Shown here one piece after another: positions 18,711-28,546 of a DNA stretch of 34,444 nucleotides. The DNA is from Planctomycetota bacterium (GTDB lineage: Bacteria; Planctomycetota; UBA11346). Under the pieces are notes generated by a model. The model saw nothing but the letters and a program-made list of their open reading frames with translations. It did no database searches and was not told the DNA's origin. The position numbers and the translations under genes are program-made. The stretch spans positions 1 to 34,444 of the forward strand of contig JBBQSO010000060.1 in the NCBI GenBank assembly GCA_038213805.1, in the 5' to 3' direction. Numbering within the stretch: the stretch's first letter is position 1; every line of letters starts with the position of its first letter.

Positions 18711-19715
18711 ATGCGCATCGCCTGCTTCAGTACCAAGCCCTACGACCGTACCTTCCTCGAAGACGCCCGGTGCGCGCCCGGCCGCGGCGATCTCGAACTG
18801 GTCTATCTGCAGCCCGCGCTCGCCCTCGAGACCGTCGTGCTCGCCGCCGGCTTCCCAGCGGTCTGCGTGTTCGTCAACGATCGTGCCGATCGCCCGGTGC
18901 TTGAGCGCCTGGCCGCAGGTGGCACGCACGTGATCGCGCTGCGCTGCGCGGGCTTCAACAACGTCGACCTCGCCGCCGCCGCCGCGCTGGGCATCACCGT
19001 GGTGCGGGTGCCGGCCTACTCGCCGCACGCCGTCGCCGAGCACGCGGTGGCGCTGATGCTGATGCTCGACCGCCGCCTGCACCGCGCCTACAACCGCGTC
19101 CGCGAGGGCAACTTCGCGCTCGACGGCCTGCTCGGCTTCGACATGCGCGGCAAGACCGTGGGCGTGGTCGGCACCGGGCGCATCGGCGCGGTGGTGGCCC
19201 GCATCCTCGCCGGCTTCGGCTGCGTGTTGCTCGCGCACGACCCGCTGCGGGACCCCGGCGTGAGCGCGCTCGGCGCGCGCTACGTCGACCTCGAGGAGCT
19301 GCTTGCGGCCAGCGACATCGTCACCCTGCACGCGCCACTGGTCCCCGCCACCCGTCATCTGATCGACGCGCGGCGCATCGTCGGCCTCAAGCGCGGCATG
19401 ATGCTGATCAACACCAGCCGCGGCGCGCTGGTCGACACCGTGGCCGTGGTCGCGGCGCTGAAGGACGGCACCATCGGCGCCCTCGGCCTGGACGTCTACG
19501 AGGAGGAGGCCGACCTGTTCTTCCAGGACCACTCGTCGCAGGTCCTGCAGGACGACGTCTTCGCGCGTCTGCTGACCTTTCCCAACGTGGTCATCACCGG
19601 GCACCAGGGCTTCTTCACCGCGGAAGCGATGGCCGCGATCGCCGACACCACCCTGGGCAATCTGACGGCGATCGCGCGCGGCGAGGCGTGCGTGAACGCG
19701 GTCCGCGCGGTCTGA
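18711..19715 (+). CDS. ldhA: NAD-dependent D-lactate dehydrogenase (D-2-hydroxyacid dehydrogenase family)
   Basis: [82 protein letters not shown]. Confidence 0.92.
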   Translation: MRIACFSTKPYDRTFLEDARCAPGRGDLELVYLQPALALETVVLAAGFPAVCVFVNDRADRPVLERLAAGGTHVIALRCAGFNNVDLAAAAALGITVVRVPAYSPHAVAEHAVALMLMLDRRLHRAYNRVREGNFALDGLLGFDMRGKTVGVVGTGRIGAVVARILAGFGCVLLAHDPLRDPGVSALGARYVDLEELLAASDIVTLHAPLVPATRHLIDARRIVGLKRGMMLINTSRGALVDTVAVVAALKDGTIGALGLDVYEEEADLFFQDHSSQVLQDDVFARLLTFPNVVITGHQGFFTAEAMAAIADTTLGNLTAIARGEACVNAVRAV

Positions 19716-19835
19716 ATCATCGCGCGTCAACCGCAGGTTGCGCAGGATGTCTGCACGTTTCCGACGCCCATCGCCGCGCCGCGAGCGCCGCTGCGGGCAG
19801 CAGCCGGCCCGGAGCCGGATCCGCCACCCGCGGCC

Positions 19836-22800
19836 TCAGAGGCCGGCTGGCCCCGCGAGCAGCTCGGCGATGCGCTGGACGAGCACCTCCGGGCGGAATG
19901 GCTTGGCCAGGAAACCGACTGCCCCCTGGCTGAGGAGGGCCTCGATGCCCCCGCTCTCGCTGTAGCCCGAGACCACCAGCACGCGGATGCCGGCATCGAT
20001 CTGGCGCAGCGCCGCGAAGGTCTCGGGGCCACCCATCACCGGCATGTTCATGTCGAGGATGACCAGATCGATCTGCTTACAGTGGCTGCGGAAATGCTCT
20101 ACGCCGGCGGCGCCATCGCTGCGGCTGACCACGATGTGGCCGAATTCACTGAGCGTGTCCTCGACCAGCGCGCCGACCAGGCCCTCGTCCTCGATCATCA
20201 GGATGCGCGCGGCCGCTCCCGGGATGGGGCGATCGGGCGCGCTGGCGGCCGCAACGACCTGGGTCGCCGCCAGCGGCAGGAAGACCTGGAAGACGGTGCC
20301 GCGACCAGGCGTGCTCACCACCTCGATGCCGCCGTCGTGCTGCTTGACCGTGCCGTAGACCGACGCCAGGCCGAGTCCGGTGCCCTGGCCCGGGGCCTTG
20401 GTCGAGAAGAACGGTTCGAAGAGGTGGCGCTGGACTTCGGCTGACATCCCTTCGCCGCTGTCGCTGACGGTGATGCGCAGGTGGCGGCCGCACCCCATGC
20501 CGCCGCCCAGACGCGCGACCTGCTCCGCATCGAGGTCGACCACGCTGGTGGCGAAGCGCAGCTGGCCGCCTTCCGGCATGGCGTCGCGGGCGTTGAGGGC
20601 GAGGTTGAGGAAGGCGTTCTGCAACAGGCCGCGATCGCCGGTGACCACGGCCGCATCGGCGCGCAGCGCCAGCTCGATGCGGATACGCTTGTCGAGGCTG
20701 CGCCCGAGTACGTCCTGGAGCTCGGCGAGGATGCCGTGCAGATCGACGGCGACGATGGCGTGGCGACCCTTGCGCGAGAAGCTCAGCAGCTGGCGCACGA
20801 GGTCGGCGGAGTGTTCGGTGGCGCTGACGATGTGGCGCAGGTGCTTGGCCAGGCCCTCGTCCTCGGCGCGCTTGAGGGCGAGCTGCCCGTAGCCCTGGAT
20901 GACGGTCAGCTGGTTGTTGAAGTCGTGCGCAATACCGCCGGCGAGGCGGCCGACCGCCTCCATCTTCTGCGCCTGGCGCAGCTCGTCCTCCAGGCGCCGC
21001 CGCTCCGAGATGTCGGTGACCATCGCCATCGCGCCGGCGTAGGCGCCGTGCTCGCCATGGATGGGGTTGGTCGCGACCAGGGTCCACAGCGCGGAGCCGT
21101 CGCGACGGCGGAAGGTGAAGTCGTGCTGCTCAGCGATGCCTTGCCGACGCCGTGCGAGGTTCTTCTCGGCAGCCGCGCGGCCCTCATCGTCCATGAAGTC
21201 GAAGATCGGCCGACCAAGCATCTCTGCCGGGGTCCAGCCGAGCATCGCCGCCATCTTCGGGTTGACGAAGCTGGTGCGGGCCTGGGCATCGATCGTCCAG
21301 ATACCCTCGTTGGCGGTTTCGACGATGCGGCGGTAGCGTTCCTCGCTGGCGCGCAGCCGGGCCTCGCCAAGCTTGCGGTGGGTGATGTCGAAGAACGACG
21401 AGACCACGCCCAGGGCGGTGCCGTCCGCGTCGCGGACCACCTCGGAGTTCGAGCAGATCCAGGCGTAGCTGCCGTCCGGGCGGGGGATGCCCACCTCGAC
21501 GTCGCGCACCGGCTGGCCGGTGCGCAGCGCGACCACCGACGGCTGCTCCTCCAGCGGGAAAGGCGTACCGTCGCCGCGCACCAGCCGATTGCGGATTTCC
21601 AGCTTGGGATCGCCGAGGTCGCCGACCGGGAAGCCAAGCACGCGCTCCACGGCATCGTTGATCAGTACCACGCGGCCTTCCAGATCCATCAGTACCAGGC
21701 CCTCGGAAAGCGCGCGCAGCACGGCGCTGCTGCGCGCCTCGTTGGCGCGCAGCGCATCCGCGATGCGCTGGCGCTCGGTGATGTCGCGCAGGAAACCCGC
21801 GAAGCGGTGCTGCCCGGCGATCAGCGTGTGGGAGAACGAGATCTCAAGTGCGACCTCGTGGCCGTCACGGTGCAGGCCGGGAACCTGCGTCGCCCGCCAG
21901 TCGAGGCGCTTGCTGCCGTCGGCCAGGTAGCGGGCGAAGCCATCGAGATGCCCCTGCCGCAGCCGCTCCGGCTGGAGGATGCTCAGGGATTGGCCGACGA
22001 CCGCCGCGGGGTCGTGGCCGAGAACGGTGCGCAGTGCGGGGTTGGCGTACTGGATGACCCCCCGTTCATCGATGATCAGCACCGCGTCGCTGGTGGTCTC
22101 CCACAGCATCCGGTAGCGCTCCTCGCTTTCACGGATGGCGCGCTCGGCGGCGCGGCGCGCGCTGATGTCGGCGACGAAGCCGACCATGCGCGTGATGCCG
22201 CCAGTCGCATCGAGGACGAAATTGCCGTCGTCCTGCACGTGCAACCAGGCGCCGTCCTTGCGGGCCACGCGGTATTCCATGCGGAACGGTGTGCGCGTGG
22301 CGATGACGCGCGCGACCTCGGCCTCGAAACCGGCGCGGTCGTCGGGGTGGATGAGCGACACCCAGTGCGCCAGGCCGCCGGCCAGCTCTGCGAGCGTGAA
22401 ACCAAGGATGCGCATGGTGTCGCCGGCGTAACTCACCCGATTGGTGACCGGATCCCAGTCGTAGAGCAGCTGGCCGCTGGCGTCGATGGTCGCCTCGTAG
22501 CGGTTCTTCCACTCCACCACCGATGACTCGGCCCGGCGGATCTCGGTGACGTCGACCACTACCACGCGGCAAGCGCGGGTGTCGTCTGCCGCGAGCGCGG
22601 TGAGGCGAACGCTGCGCGGCGGCGCGCCGTCGCGCCACAGGCGCAGTTCGCACACCTGCGCCCCACCACCGGAGAAGGCCTGCTCCAGGCAGGCTGCGCA
22701 GGCGGCGCGGTCGGCCTCGACCACGAACAGCGCCAGGCGCCCCCCGGGCTGGTGGTCGTGGGCAAGCCCGAGCAGATCCGTCCCGGCGCGGTTGGCCTGG

Positions 22801-25019
22801 ACGATGCTGCCGGCCCGGTCGAGGGTGAAGTAGCCCACCGGTGCGGAGTCGAACAGGTCGGTGTAGCGGGCCAGCCCAAGCTCGGCCGCGCCCCGCGCCC
22901 GCGTCAGCTCCTCGTTCATGGTGCGCAGCTCCTCGGCCGCGGTGGTCAGCTCCTCGTTGGTGGACTGCAGCTCCTCGTTGGTCGAGGTCAGCTCTTCGCG
23001 CGAGGTCTGCATCTCCTCGCGGGTCACCTGCAGCTCCCCGCGGGTGGCGAGCAGCGCCTGCTCCATGGATTTCAGGCGCGCGCTCTGGCGGTTGGCGCCG
23101 CTCGCGCGGCTGGCGGCCGCCGGCGCACCGCTGGTGGTGACGTCGGCGAACATGACCAGCACCATCCCCTGCAGCGCCGCCGGCTCGGCCAGCAGCTGCA
23201 CGGTGATGTCCACGGCGTGCGCGACGCCGTCCGCGTCGGCCTGCACCGCGGCCACGGTCACCGCCGCCGGCTGGCCCAGGGCGTCGTGGAAGGCCTCGCT
23301 CAATGCGGCGTCCAGGCCGGCGCGCGCCATGGCGAGGATGTTCCAGTTGGCCTTGCCGGTGGGCAGCTCGAGGTAGCGTCCGGTCTGGCCGCAACTGTGC
23401 AGCACGTCGCCGGCGATAGTGACCAGGACCGAAGCTGGAGCGAAGCGGCGCTCCAGCTGCTGGTCGGTGAGCGCCTGGAGGTCGGCGGTGATCTGGGAGT
23501 TCATGGGCTGGGCACTCCGGAGCGGTGGCGCGGCGGGCGGGACGGGCGCGGGGCCCAGGGACATCGCGAACGGGGCCGGGGGCGGGTGCGCGTCGCGGCG
23601 CCGGTAGAAGCGGCCGGAACCGGGCAGCGGGACGAACACGGTGCTGGCCGCGCCCACGGACTCCGAGCTGCCGAGCAGCAGCACCCCACCGGACGCCAGG
23701 CTGTAGTGGAAGCGCGCGAGGATGGCGTCGTGCACCGTTGGCGCCAGGTAGATCATCAGATTGCGGCAGGTCAGCAGGTCGAGGCGCGTGAAGGGCGGGT
23801 CGGCGAGCAGGCTGTGCGGCGCGAAGATCACCATCGCGCGGATCTCCTTGCCCACCTGCAGGCCGTGGGCGTCGGTGGTGAAGAAGCGGCGCACGCGCTC
23901 TGGGCCGATGGCCGCGGCGCTGGCGGCCGGATAGCGGCCGCGACGAGCGTGGGCGATGGACTCCTGATCGAGGTCGGTGGCGAAGATCTGCAGCGTGCAC
24001 GCGGGCACCTGCGGAGCGCGCTCGAGGGCCTCGCAGAAGGCCATGGCCAGCGAGTAGGCCTCCTCGCCGGAGGCGCAGCCGGCGACCCACGCGCGCAGCG
24101 CGCCACCATCCGGGTGGCGCGCGAGCAGCGCCGGGATGATGTCCGCGCGCAGCTGCTCCCAGACCTCCGGATCGCGGAAGAAGCTGGTCACCCCGATCAG
24201 CATTTCGCCGAACAGCAGCCTGACCTCGGCCGGGTCGGTGTGCAGCAGGGCCGCATAGTCCGCGATTCCGGGCAGGCGGCGCAGGCCGGCGCGCCGTTCG
24301 ATGCGGCGGTGGAGCGTGGTCTTCTTGTAGTTGGAGAAGTCGTGCCCGGTCTGCGTGCGCAACACCTGGAGGATCTCGGCGAGCGCGCCATCGCCCCCGG
24401 CGCCCTCACCCGCGCGGGCGGGCGGTGGGCGGCACAGCGCGGACATGATCAGACCGGGGAGCTGTTCTGGCGCGGCGACCAGCATGGCGTGCCCGCCGGC
24501 GATGGCGCTGGCGGGCATGCCGGCCGCCCCGGCCGTGGCCGGCTCCTGCGCCGCGGTCATGCCGCCGGCCTCGCTCAACGCGGCCAGTCCCAGCGTGCCG
24601 TCGTGACCCGTTCCCGACAGCACCACGCCGACGCCGTCCGGCCCCTGGTCCCTGGCCAGCGCGCAGAAGCAGGCGTCGATGGGCTGCCGGCCACCCGCCC
24701 GTTGCACCGGCGCGAGCCGCAGGATGCCGTCGGCGATGCTCAGCTCATGATCGGGCGGCAGCACGTAGGCATGATCGGGGGCGATGCGCGTGCCGTCGAC
24801 GATCGCCGCCACCGGCATGGCGGTGGCCCGCGCGAGCAGTTCCAGCAACAGACCCCCATGCGCGGGATCGTGATGCTGGACCACCACGTAGGCCAGGCCG
24901 CTGCTCCGCGGCACGTTCGCGAGAAAACCGGTCAGCGCCTCGAGCCCGCCGGCGGAGGCGCCGAGGCCGACGACCGGGATGCGGCACGGGGATGCGCCGT
25001 GGTGCGGGACACCGCTCAT
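19836..25019 (-). CDS. CheB-CheR fusion multi-PAS hybrid histidine kinase with C-terminal receiver
   Basis: CheB GASAGG / VQH / SGTGHDG; Che[38 protein letters not shown] coiled coil; about six [13 protein letters not shown]; HATPase; REC LDMNMP..KP. Start is 25019 or 25085. Confidence 0.93.
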   Translation of the reverse strand: MSGVPHHGASPCRIPVVGLGASAGGLEALTGFLANVPRSSGLAYVVVQHHDPAHGGLLLELLARATAMPVAAIVDGTRIAPDHAYVLPPDHELSIADGILRLAPVQRAGGRQPIDACFCALARDQGPDGVGVVLSGTGHDGTLGLAALSEAGGMTAAQEPATAGAAGMPASAIAGGHAMLVAAPEQLPGLIMSALCRPPPARAGEGAGGDGALAEILQVLRTQTGHDFSNYKKTTLHRRIERRAGLRRLPGIADYAALLHTDPAEVRLLFGEMLIGVTSFFRDPEVWEQLRADIIPALLARHPDGGALRAWVAGCASGEEAYSLAMAFCEALERAPQVPACTLQIFATDLDQESIAHARRGRYPAASAAAIGPERVRRFFTTDAHGLQVGKEIRAMVIFAPHSLLADPPFTRLDLLTCRNLMIYLAPTVHDAILARFHYSLASGGVLLLGSSESVGAASTVFVPLPGSGRFYRRRDAHPPPAPFAMSLGPAPVPPAAPPLRSAQPMNSQITADLQALTDQQLERRFAPASVLVTIAGDVLHSCGQTGRYLELPTGKANWNILAMARAGLDAALSEAFHDALGQPAAVTVAAVQADADGVAHAVDITVQLLAEPAALQGMVLVMFADVTTSGAPAAASRASGANRQSARLKSMEQALLATRGELQVTREEMQTSREELTSTNEELQSTNEELTTAAEELRTMNEELTRARGAAELGLARYTDLFDSAPVGYFTLDRAGSIVQANRAGTDLLGLAHDHQPGGRLALFVVEADRAACAACLEQAFSGGGAQVCELRLWRDGAPPRSVRLTALAADDTRACRVVVVDVTEIRRAESSVVEWKNRYEATIDASGQLLYDWDPVTNRVSYAGDTMRILGFTLAELAGGLAHWVSLIHPDDRAGFEAEVARVIATRTPFRMEYRVARKDGAWLHVQDDGNFVLDATGGITRMVGFVADISARRAAERAIRESEERYRMLWETTSDAVLIIDERGVIQYANPALRTVLGHDPAAVVGQSLSILQPERLRQGHLDGFARYLADGSKRLDWRATQVPGLHRDGHEVALEISFSHTLIAGQHRFAGFLRDITERQRIADALRANEARSSAVLRALSEGLVLMDLEGRVVLINDAVERVLGFPVGDLGDPKLEIRNRLVRGDGTPFPLEEQPSVVALRTGQPVRDVEVGIPRPDGSYAWICSNSEVVRDADGTALGVVSSFFDITHRKLGEARLRASEERYRRIVETANEGIWTIDAQARTSFVNPKMAAMLGWTPAEMLGRPIFDFMDDEGRAAAEKNLARRRQGIAEQHDFTFRRRDGSALWTLVATNPIHGEHGAYAGAMAMVTDISERRRLEDELRQAQKMEAVGRLAGGIAHDFNNQLTVIQGYGQLALKRAEDEGLAKHLRHIVSATEHSADLVRQLLSFSRKGRHAIVAVDLHGILAELQDVLGRSLDKRIRIELALRADAAVVTGDRGLLQNAFLNLALNARDAMPEGGQLRFATSVVDLDAEQVARLGGGMGCGRHLRITVSDSGEGMSAEVQRHLFEPFFSTKAPGQGTGLGLASVYGTVKQHDGGIEVVSTPGRGTVFQVFLPLAATQVVAAASAPDRPIPGAAARILMIEDEGLVGALVEDTLSEFGHIVVSRSDGAAGVEHFRSHCKQIDLVILDMNMPVMGGPETFAALRQIDAGIRVLVVSGYSESGGIEALLSQGAVGFLAKPFRPEVLVQRIAELLAGPAGL
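22905..23020 (-). repeat. Coding heptad repeat (EELxSTNEEL) of the CheB/CheR kinase coiled coil
   Basis: CAGCTCCTCG-like units recur at 21-nt spacing and encode [38 protein letters not shown]. Confidence 0.8.
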
Positions 25020-25281
25020 GCCGGAGCCGGCCGCCCAGGCCGCGCGCAGCCCCTTGGCTCGCCCATCGACTTCATCGCAATCCACGCAGGTCCGTCATGC
25101 CGGACCAGGATGGTCGCCGAGGTGGAAAATCAAACTTCCTCGCTGCCCCATCGCCCACTCGGCCGCGTCATGCGCCGGCGCGGGCCGACGGACAGCTGGA
25201 CTTGATCTCAGCCCGGGGCGCAGATATTGCGGAGTTGCAGAGGGCGCAGGTCGGCGCCGCCACCTGCCACCTTCCCGGCGT

Positions 25282-25674
25282 TCAGCGCCCCCGCAGGAAG
25301 GCGGCCCAGGTGTGCCGCTCCGCCCACACCAGGAACAGCGCCAGCACCGGCAGCATCAGCACCATGGGATTTTCCAGGCCCTCGCCCTTGGTCACGAAGA
25401 TGTGGTAGGCGAGAATGTTGACGATGATCGGACCCAGGATCAGCAGGGCCAGGCGACGGGTCCGCGGGACCATCACCAGCAGCCCGCCGAGCAGCTCGAG
25501 CGACTTCACGAAGTCCATGTAGTGGGTCGGGATCAGCGCGCCCATGAACAGGGCGGGCGGCGAGCCGGCGGGCGGCATCTTCTCCGGCGTGTAGAGGTGG
25601 AAGAAGTACGTGACCGAGGCCATCAGGAAGAGCAGGCCGAGGAGGACCCCGGCGATGAGGGCGGCGATGCGCAT
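25282..25674 (-). CDS. DoxX-family membrane protein (130 aa)
   Basis: LLGLLFLMASV.YF..P...FMGAL..Y...VK.LELLGGLL...LALLILGPIIVNILAYH; about four TM helices. Confidence 0.8.
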   Translation of the reverse strand: MRIAALIAGVLLGLLFLMASVTYFFHLYTPEKMPPAGSPPALFMGALIPTHYMDFVKSLELLGGLLVMVPRTRRLALLILGPIIVNILAYHIFVTKGEGLENPMVLMLPVLALFLVWAERHTWAAFLRGR

Positions 25675-25799
25675 GGGATGCTCGCTGTTCGGGAGGGAAG
25701 GCACAGGCGTGCGGGTGACGCCGTGGCATGGATCTAGGCGCTGAGGACCCACGCTGCAACAGGATCCACAGTGCCAGAGCTACCGCGTGCGCATGTCCC

Positions 25800-25814
25800 T
25801 GGCACAGCAGTCGC
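25800..25814 (+). promoter_or_regulatory. Possible sigma54 -24/-12 element upstream of cydAB
   Basis: TGGCAC-AGCAG-TCGC (GG-N10-GC spacing). Confidence 0.3.
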
Positions 25815-26049
25815 GGCATGACCGTTCACCTGCGTGCGCCAGCCGGCGCGCACGCCGTTCAGCGGGAACGCGCACGGCCCAGCGCATCGGCGCGACCCCC
25901 TGCGAATGGTGGACGGCAGCACCCAACAGCAATGGCGCTCGTCCGCTTGACCGGTACATTCCAACCAGAACGAACCGGCACACCGCGAAGCCCACCGGCC
26001 AAAGCCATGGCAACCCGTCCCGGAACCCCCGCGCCGCGCAGGATCCAGC

Positions 26050-27423
26050 ATGTTGGATGACCCACTTCCCTGGCACCGTTTCCACTTCGCCTTCACCATC
26101 GTCTACCATTACCTCTTCCCACAACTGACCATGGGCCTGGCGCCCCTGCTCGCGATCTGGAAATGGCGGGCGATCGTCACCGGCAGTGCGGATCACGCGC
26201 GGCTGCTGCGCTTCTGGGCGCGCATCTTCGGCGTGACCTTTGCCGTCGGCGTGGTCACCGGCATCCCGATGGAATTCCAGTTCGGCACGAACTGGTCGGC
26301 CTTCACCCGCTATTCGGGCAGCGTCATCGGCCAGACCCTGGCCATGGAGGGGATGTTCGCGTTCTTCCTCGAAAGCGCCTTCATCGGCGCCCTGATCTGG
26401 GGCGAAGGCCGGCTGTCCCCGCGCATGCACCTGCTCGCCGCCTGCGCCGTGGCGGTCGGCAGCTGGCTGTCGGGGTACTTCATCCTGGTGACCAACGCGT
26501 TCATGCAGCATCCGCAAGGCCACGTGGTGGGCGCGGACGGGATGCTGCACCTGGCGGACCTGGGCGCGTTCATGCTCAATCCGTGGGCCTTGGTGATGTT
26601 CGCCCACACCATGGCCGCGGCGCTGGTGACCGGCGCCTTCGTGGTGGCCGGGGTCGGCGCCTTCTACGCGCTGCGTGGCAGCCATGCGGCGCACGCCCGG
26701 CTCTGCCTGCACTGGGGCTGCGGCGTCGGCCTGATCGCGGCCGTGGTGGTCGCCTTCCCCACCGGCGATCTGCAAGCCAAGCTGGTCGCCCGTGACCAGC
26801 CGGTCGCATTGGCGGCGATGGAGGGCCGCTTTGAGAGCGGCAGCGAAGCGCGGCTCACCCTCATCGGCCAACCGAATCTGCGCACCGAAACCATCGACAA
26901 CGCCATCCAGATCCCCGCCGCGCTCAGCTTCCTCGCGACCGGATCGTTCCACGGCCCGGTGCCCGGCCTCAAGGCCTTTCCACCCGACCAGTGGCCCGAC
27001 AACGTCGCGGTGCTCTATTATGCGTTCCACATCATGGTGGGACTCGGCACGTTGTTCATCCTCCTCATGGGGGCCGCGCTCATCCAGCGCTGGCGCGGCC
27101 GCCTGCTCACCTGCCGTCCCCTGCTGTGGGCGCTACTGCTCGCCGCGCCCTTCCCCTACATCGCCAACACCGCCGGTTGGGCCACCGCTGAACTCGGGCG
27201 CCAGCCGTGGCTGGTTTATGGCCTGTTCCGCACCAGCCAGGGCTCCAGCCAGGCGGTGCACAGCGGCGATGTGGTGTTCACCCTGATCGGCTGGAGCGGG
27301 CTCTACCTGGTGCTGGGCGTACTCTACCTGGTGCTGATCGGACGCGAGATCCACCACGGTCCGACCGATGCGCCGCAACCCGCCGCGATCCCCACCCCCT
27401 CGCCGGAGCCGCCCCATGGCTGA
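26050..27423 (+). CDS. cydA: Cytochrome bd terminal oxidase subunit I (short Q-loop)
   Basis: FAFTIVYHYLF (His19 equivalent), GVVTGIPMEFQFG, EGMFAFFLES, NAFMQHP, FAHT, LAAMEG, FHIMVG, TAELGRQPW. Confidence 0.96.
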   Translation: MLDDPLPWHRFHFAFTIVYHYLFPQLTMGLAPLLAIWKWRAIVTGSADHARLLRFWARIFGVTFAVGVVTGIPMEFQFGTNWSAFTRYSGSVIGQTLAMEGMFAFFLESAFIGALIWGEGRLSPRMHLLAACAVAVGSWLSGYFILVTNAFMQHPQGHVVGADGMLHLADLGAFMLNPWALVMFAHTMAAALVTGAFVVAGVGAFYALRGSHAAHARLCLHWGCGVGLIAAVVVAFPTGDLQAKLVARDQPVALAAMEGRFESGSEARLTLIGQPNLRTETIDNAIQIPAALSFLATGSFHGPVPGLKAFPPDQWPDNVAVLYYAFHIMVGLGTLFILLMGAALIQRWRGRLLTCRPLLWALLLAAPFPYIANTAGWATAELGRQPWLVYGLFRTSQGSSQAVHSGDVVFTLIGWSGLYLVLGVLYLVLIGREIHHGPTDAPQPAAIPTPSPEPPHG

Positions 27424-28447
27424 AAGCTGGTACGCCATCGTCGCGCTGATGCTGGTGGTCTTCGCGGTGTTCGAAGGCTGGGATTTCGGGGTCGGTGCCG
27501 CCAGCTTCCTGGTCGCGCGCACTTCGGCCGAGCGCCGCCAGGTGGTCGCGGCGATCGGCCCGCTGTGGGTCTGGCACGAAGTCTGGCTGGTCGCTGCGGG
27601 CGGCGTGCTGCTGATGGCCTTCCCGGCGGTCATGGCCACCGCCTTCTCCGGTTTTTACATCGCATTGTACTTGCTGCTCTGGTGCCTGCTGCTGCGCGGC
27701 ATGGCCCTGGAGTTCGGCGGTCACCTCGCCGACGGCCTGTGGCGGGACTTCTGGGACGTCGTGCTCGCGGGTTCCAGCATCCTGCTCGCGCTGCTCTTCG
27801 GCGTCGCCTTCGGCAACCTCATCCGCGGCATCCCGCTTGATCAGGACGAACATTTCGCACTCGCGCTGTTCACCGGGTTCTCGCCGGTCGGCAACGTCGG
27901 CATCCTCGACTGGTACACGGTCAGCGTCGGCGTGCTGACCGTGGTGCTGCTGACCGCGCACGGAGCTTCCTACCTGACGCTGCGCACCAGCGGCCCCGTC
28001 CAGGAGCGCAGCCGGCGGCTGTGCCGATGGTTCTGGTCGCTGACCGTCGTCGTGCTGGCGCTGGTCACCTGGGAGACCCGCACCGTGCGCCCTGAACTCT
28101 TTGACGCCCCGCTCGGCCGGCCGCTGGTGTGGCTGGCCACGGCGCTGGTCGCCGGCGGCGCCACCGCCCTGGTGGTCGGCGCGCGGCGCCGGCACGAGGG
28201 GCTGCACTTCCTCGGCTCCGCGCTGGTGATCGTCGGACTGGTCGGTGGGGCCTTCGCCGCGCTCTTTCCCGACATGTTGCATTCCACCCTGGACGCGCGG
28301 TATTCGATGACCGCCCGGACCAACGCCGCTGACGCGCACGGCCTGACGCTGGCGCTCCTCTGGTGGCCGATCGCGCTGATCGCGACCGTGGGGTACGCGC
28401 TGCTGAACCTCCGTGCGTACGCGTCGAAGGCGGGGCCGGATTCCTAA
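27416..28447 (+). CDS. cydB: Cytochrome bd terminal oxidase subunit II
   Basis: Overlaps the cydA stop; EGWDFGVG, IGPLW..HEVWLV.AGG.L..AFP, FSGFY, LRGMALEF, GVAFGNLIRG. Confidence 0.94.
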   Translation: MAESWYAIVALMLVVFAVFEGWDFGVGAASFLVARTSAERRQVVAAIGPLWVWHEVWLVAAGGVLLMAFPAVMATAFSGFYIALYLLLWCLLLRGMALEFGGHLADGLWRDFWDVVLAGSSILLALLFGVAFGNLIRGIPLDQDEHFALALFTGFSPVGNVGILDWYTVSVGVLTVVLLTAHGASYLTLRTSGPVQERSRRLCRWFWSLTVVVLALVTWETRTVRPELFDAPLGRPLVWLATALVAGGATALVVGARRRHEGLHFLGSALVIVGLVGGAFAALFPDMLHSTLDARYSMTARTNAADAHGLTLALLWWPIALIATVGYALLNLRAYASKAGPDS

Positions 28448-28546
28448 GGGACGCATCTGCAGGTGGTCGTCGAAGGCCAGGCTGCGCCGGGGGTACATCC
28501 GCCATTGCGGGCAGAGGATGCGCATGCGCACCATCCGCACGGATCC

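Noticed and set aside
20481..25205. Long antisense or alternate-frame ORFs (e.g. 20481-22526, 22752-25205, and similar ones elsewhere)
   Set aside because: Expected from high-GC codon bias opposite real genes; they carry no recognisable motifs.
25728..26128. Short ORFs upstream of cydA; FNR-like box near 25948
   Set aside because: The translations are low-complexity and lack an RBS; only a TTGAC half-site is present.
28448..28546. Small cydX/cydS subunit or terminator after cydB
   Set aside because: No short hydrophobic ORF with an RBS was seen; the palindrome TGCGCATGCGCA (28519-28530) lacks a U-tract.
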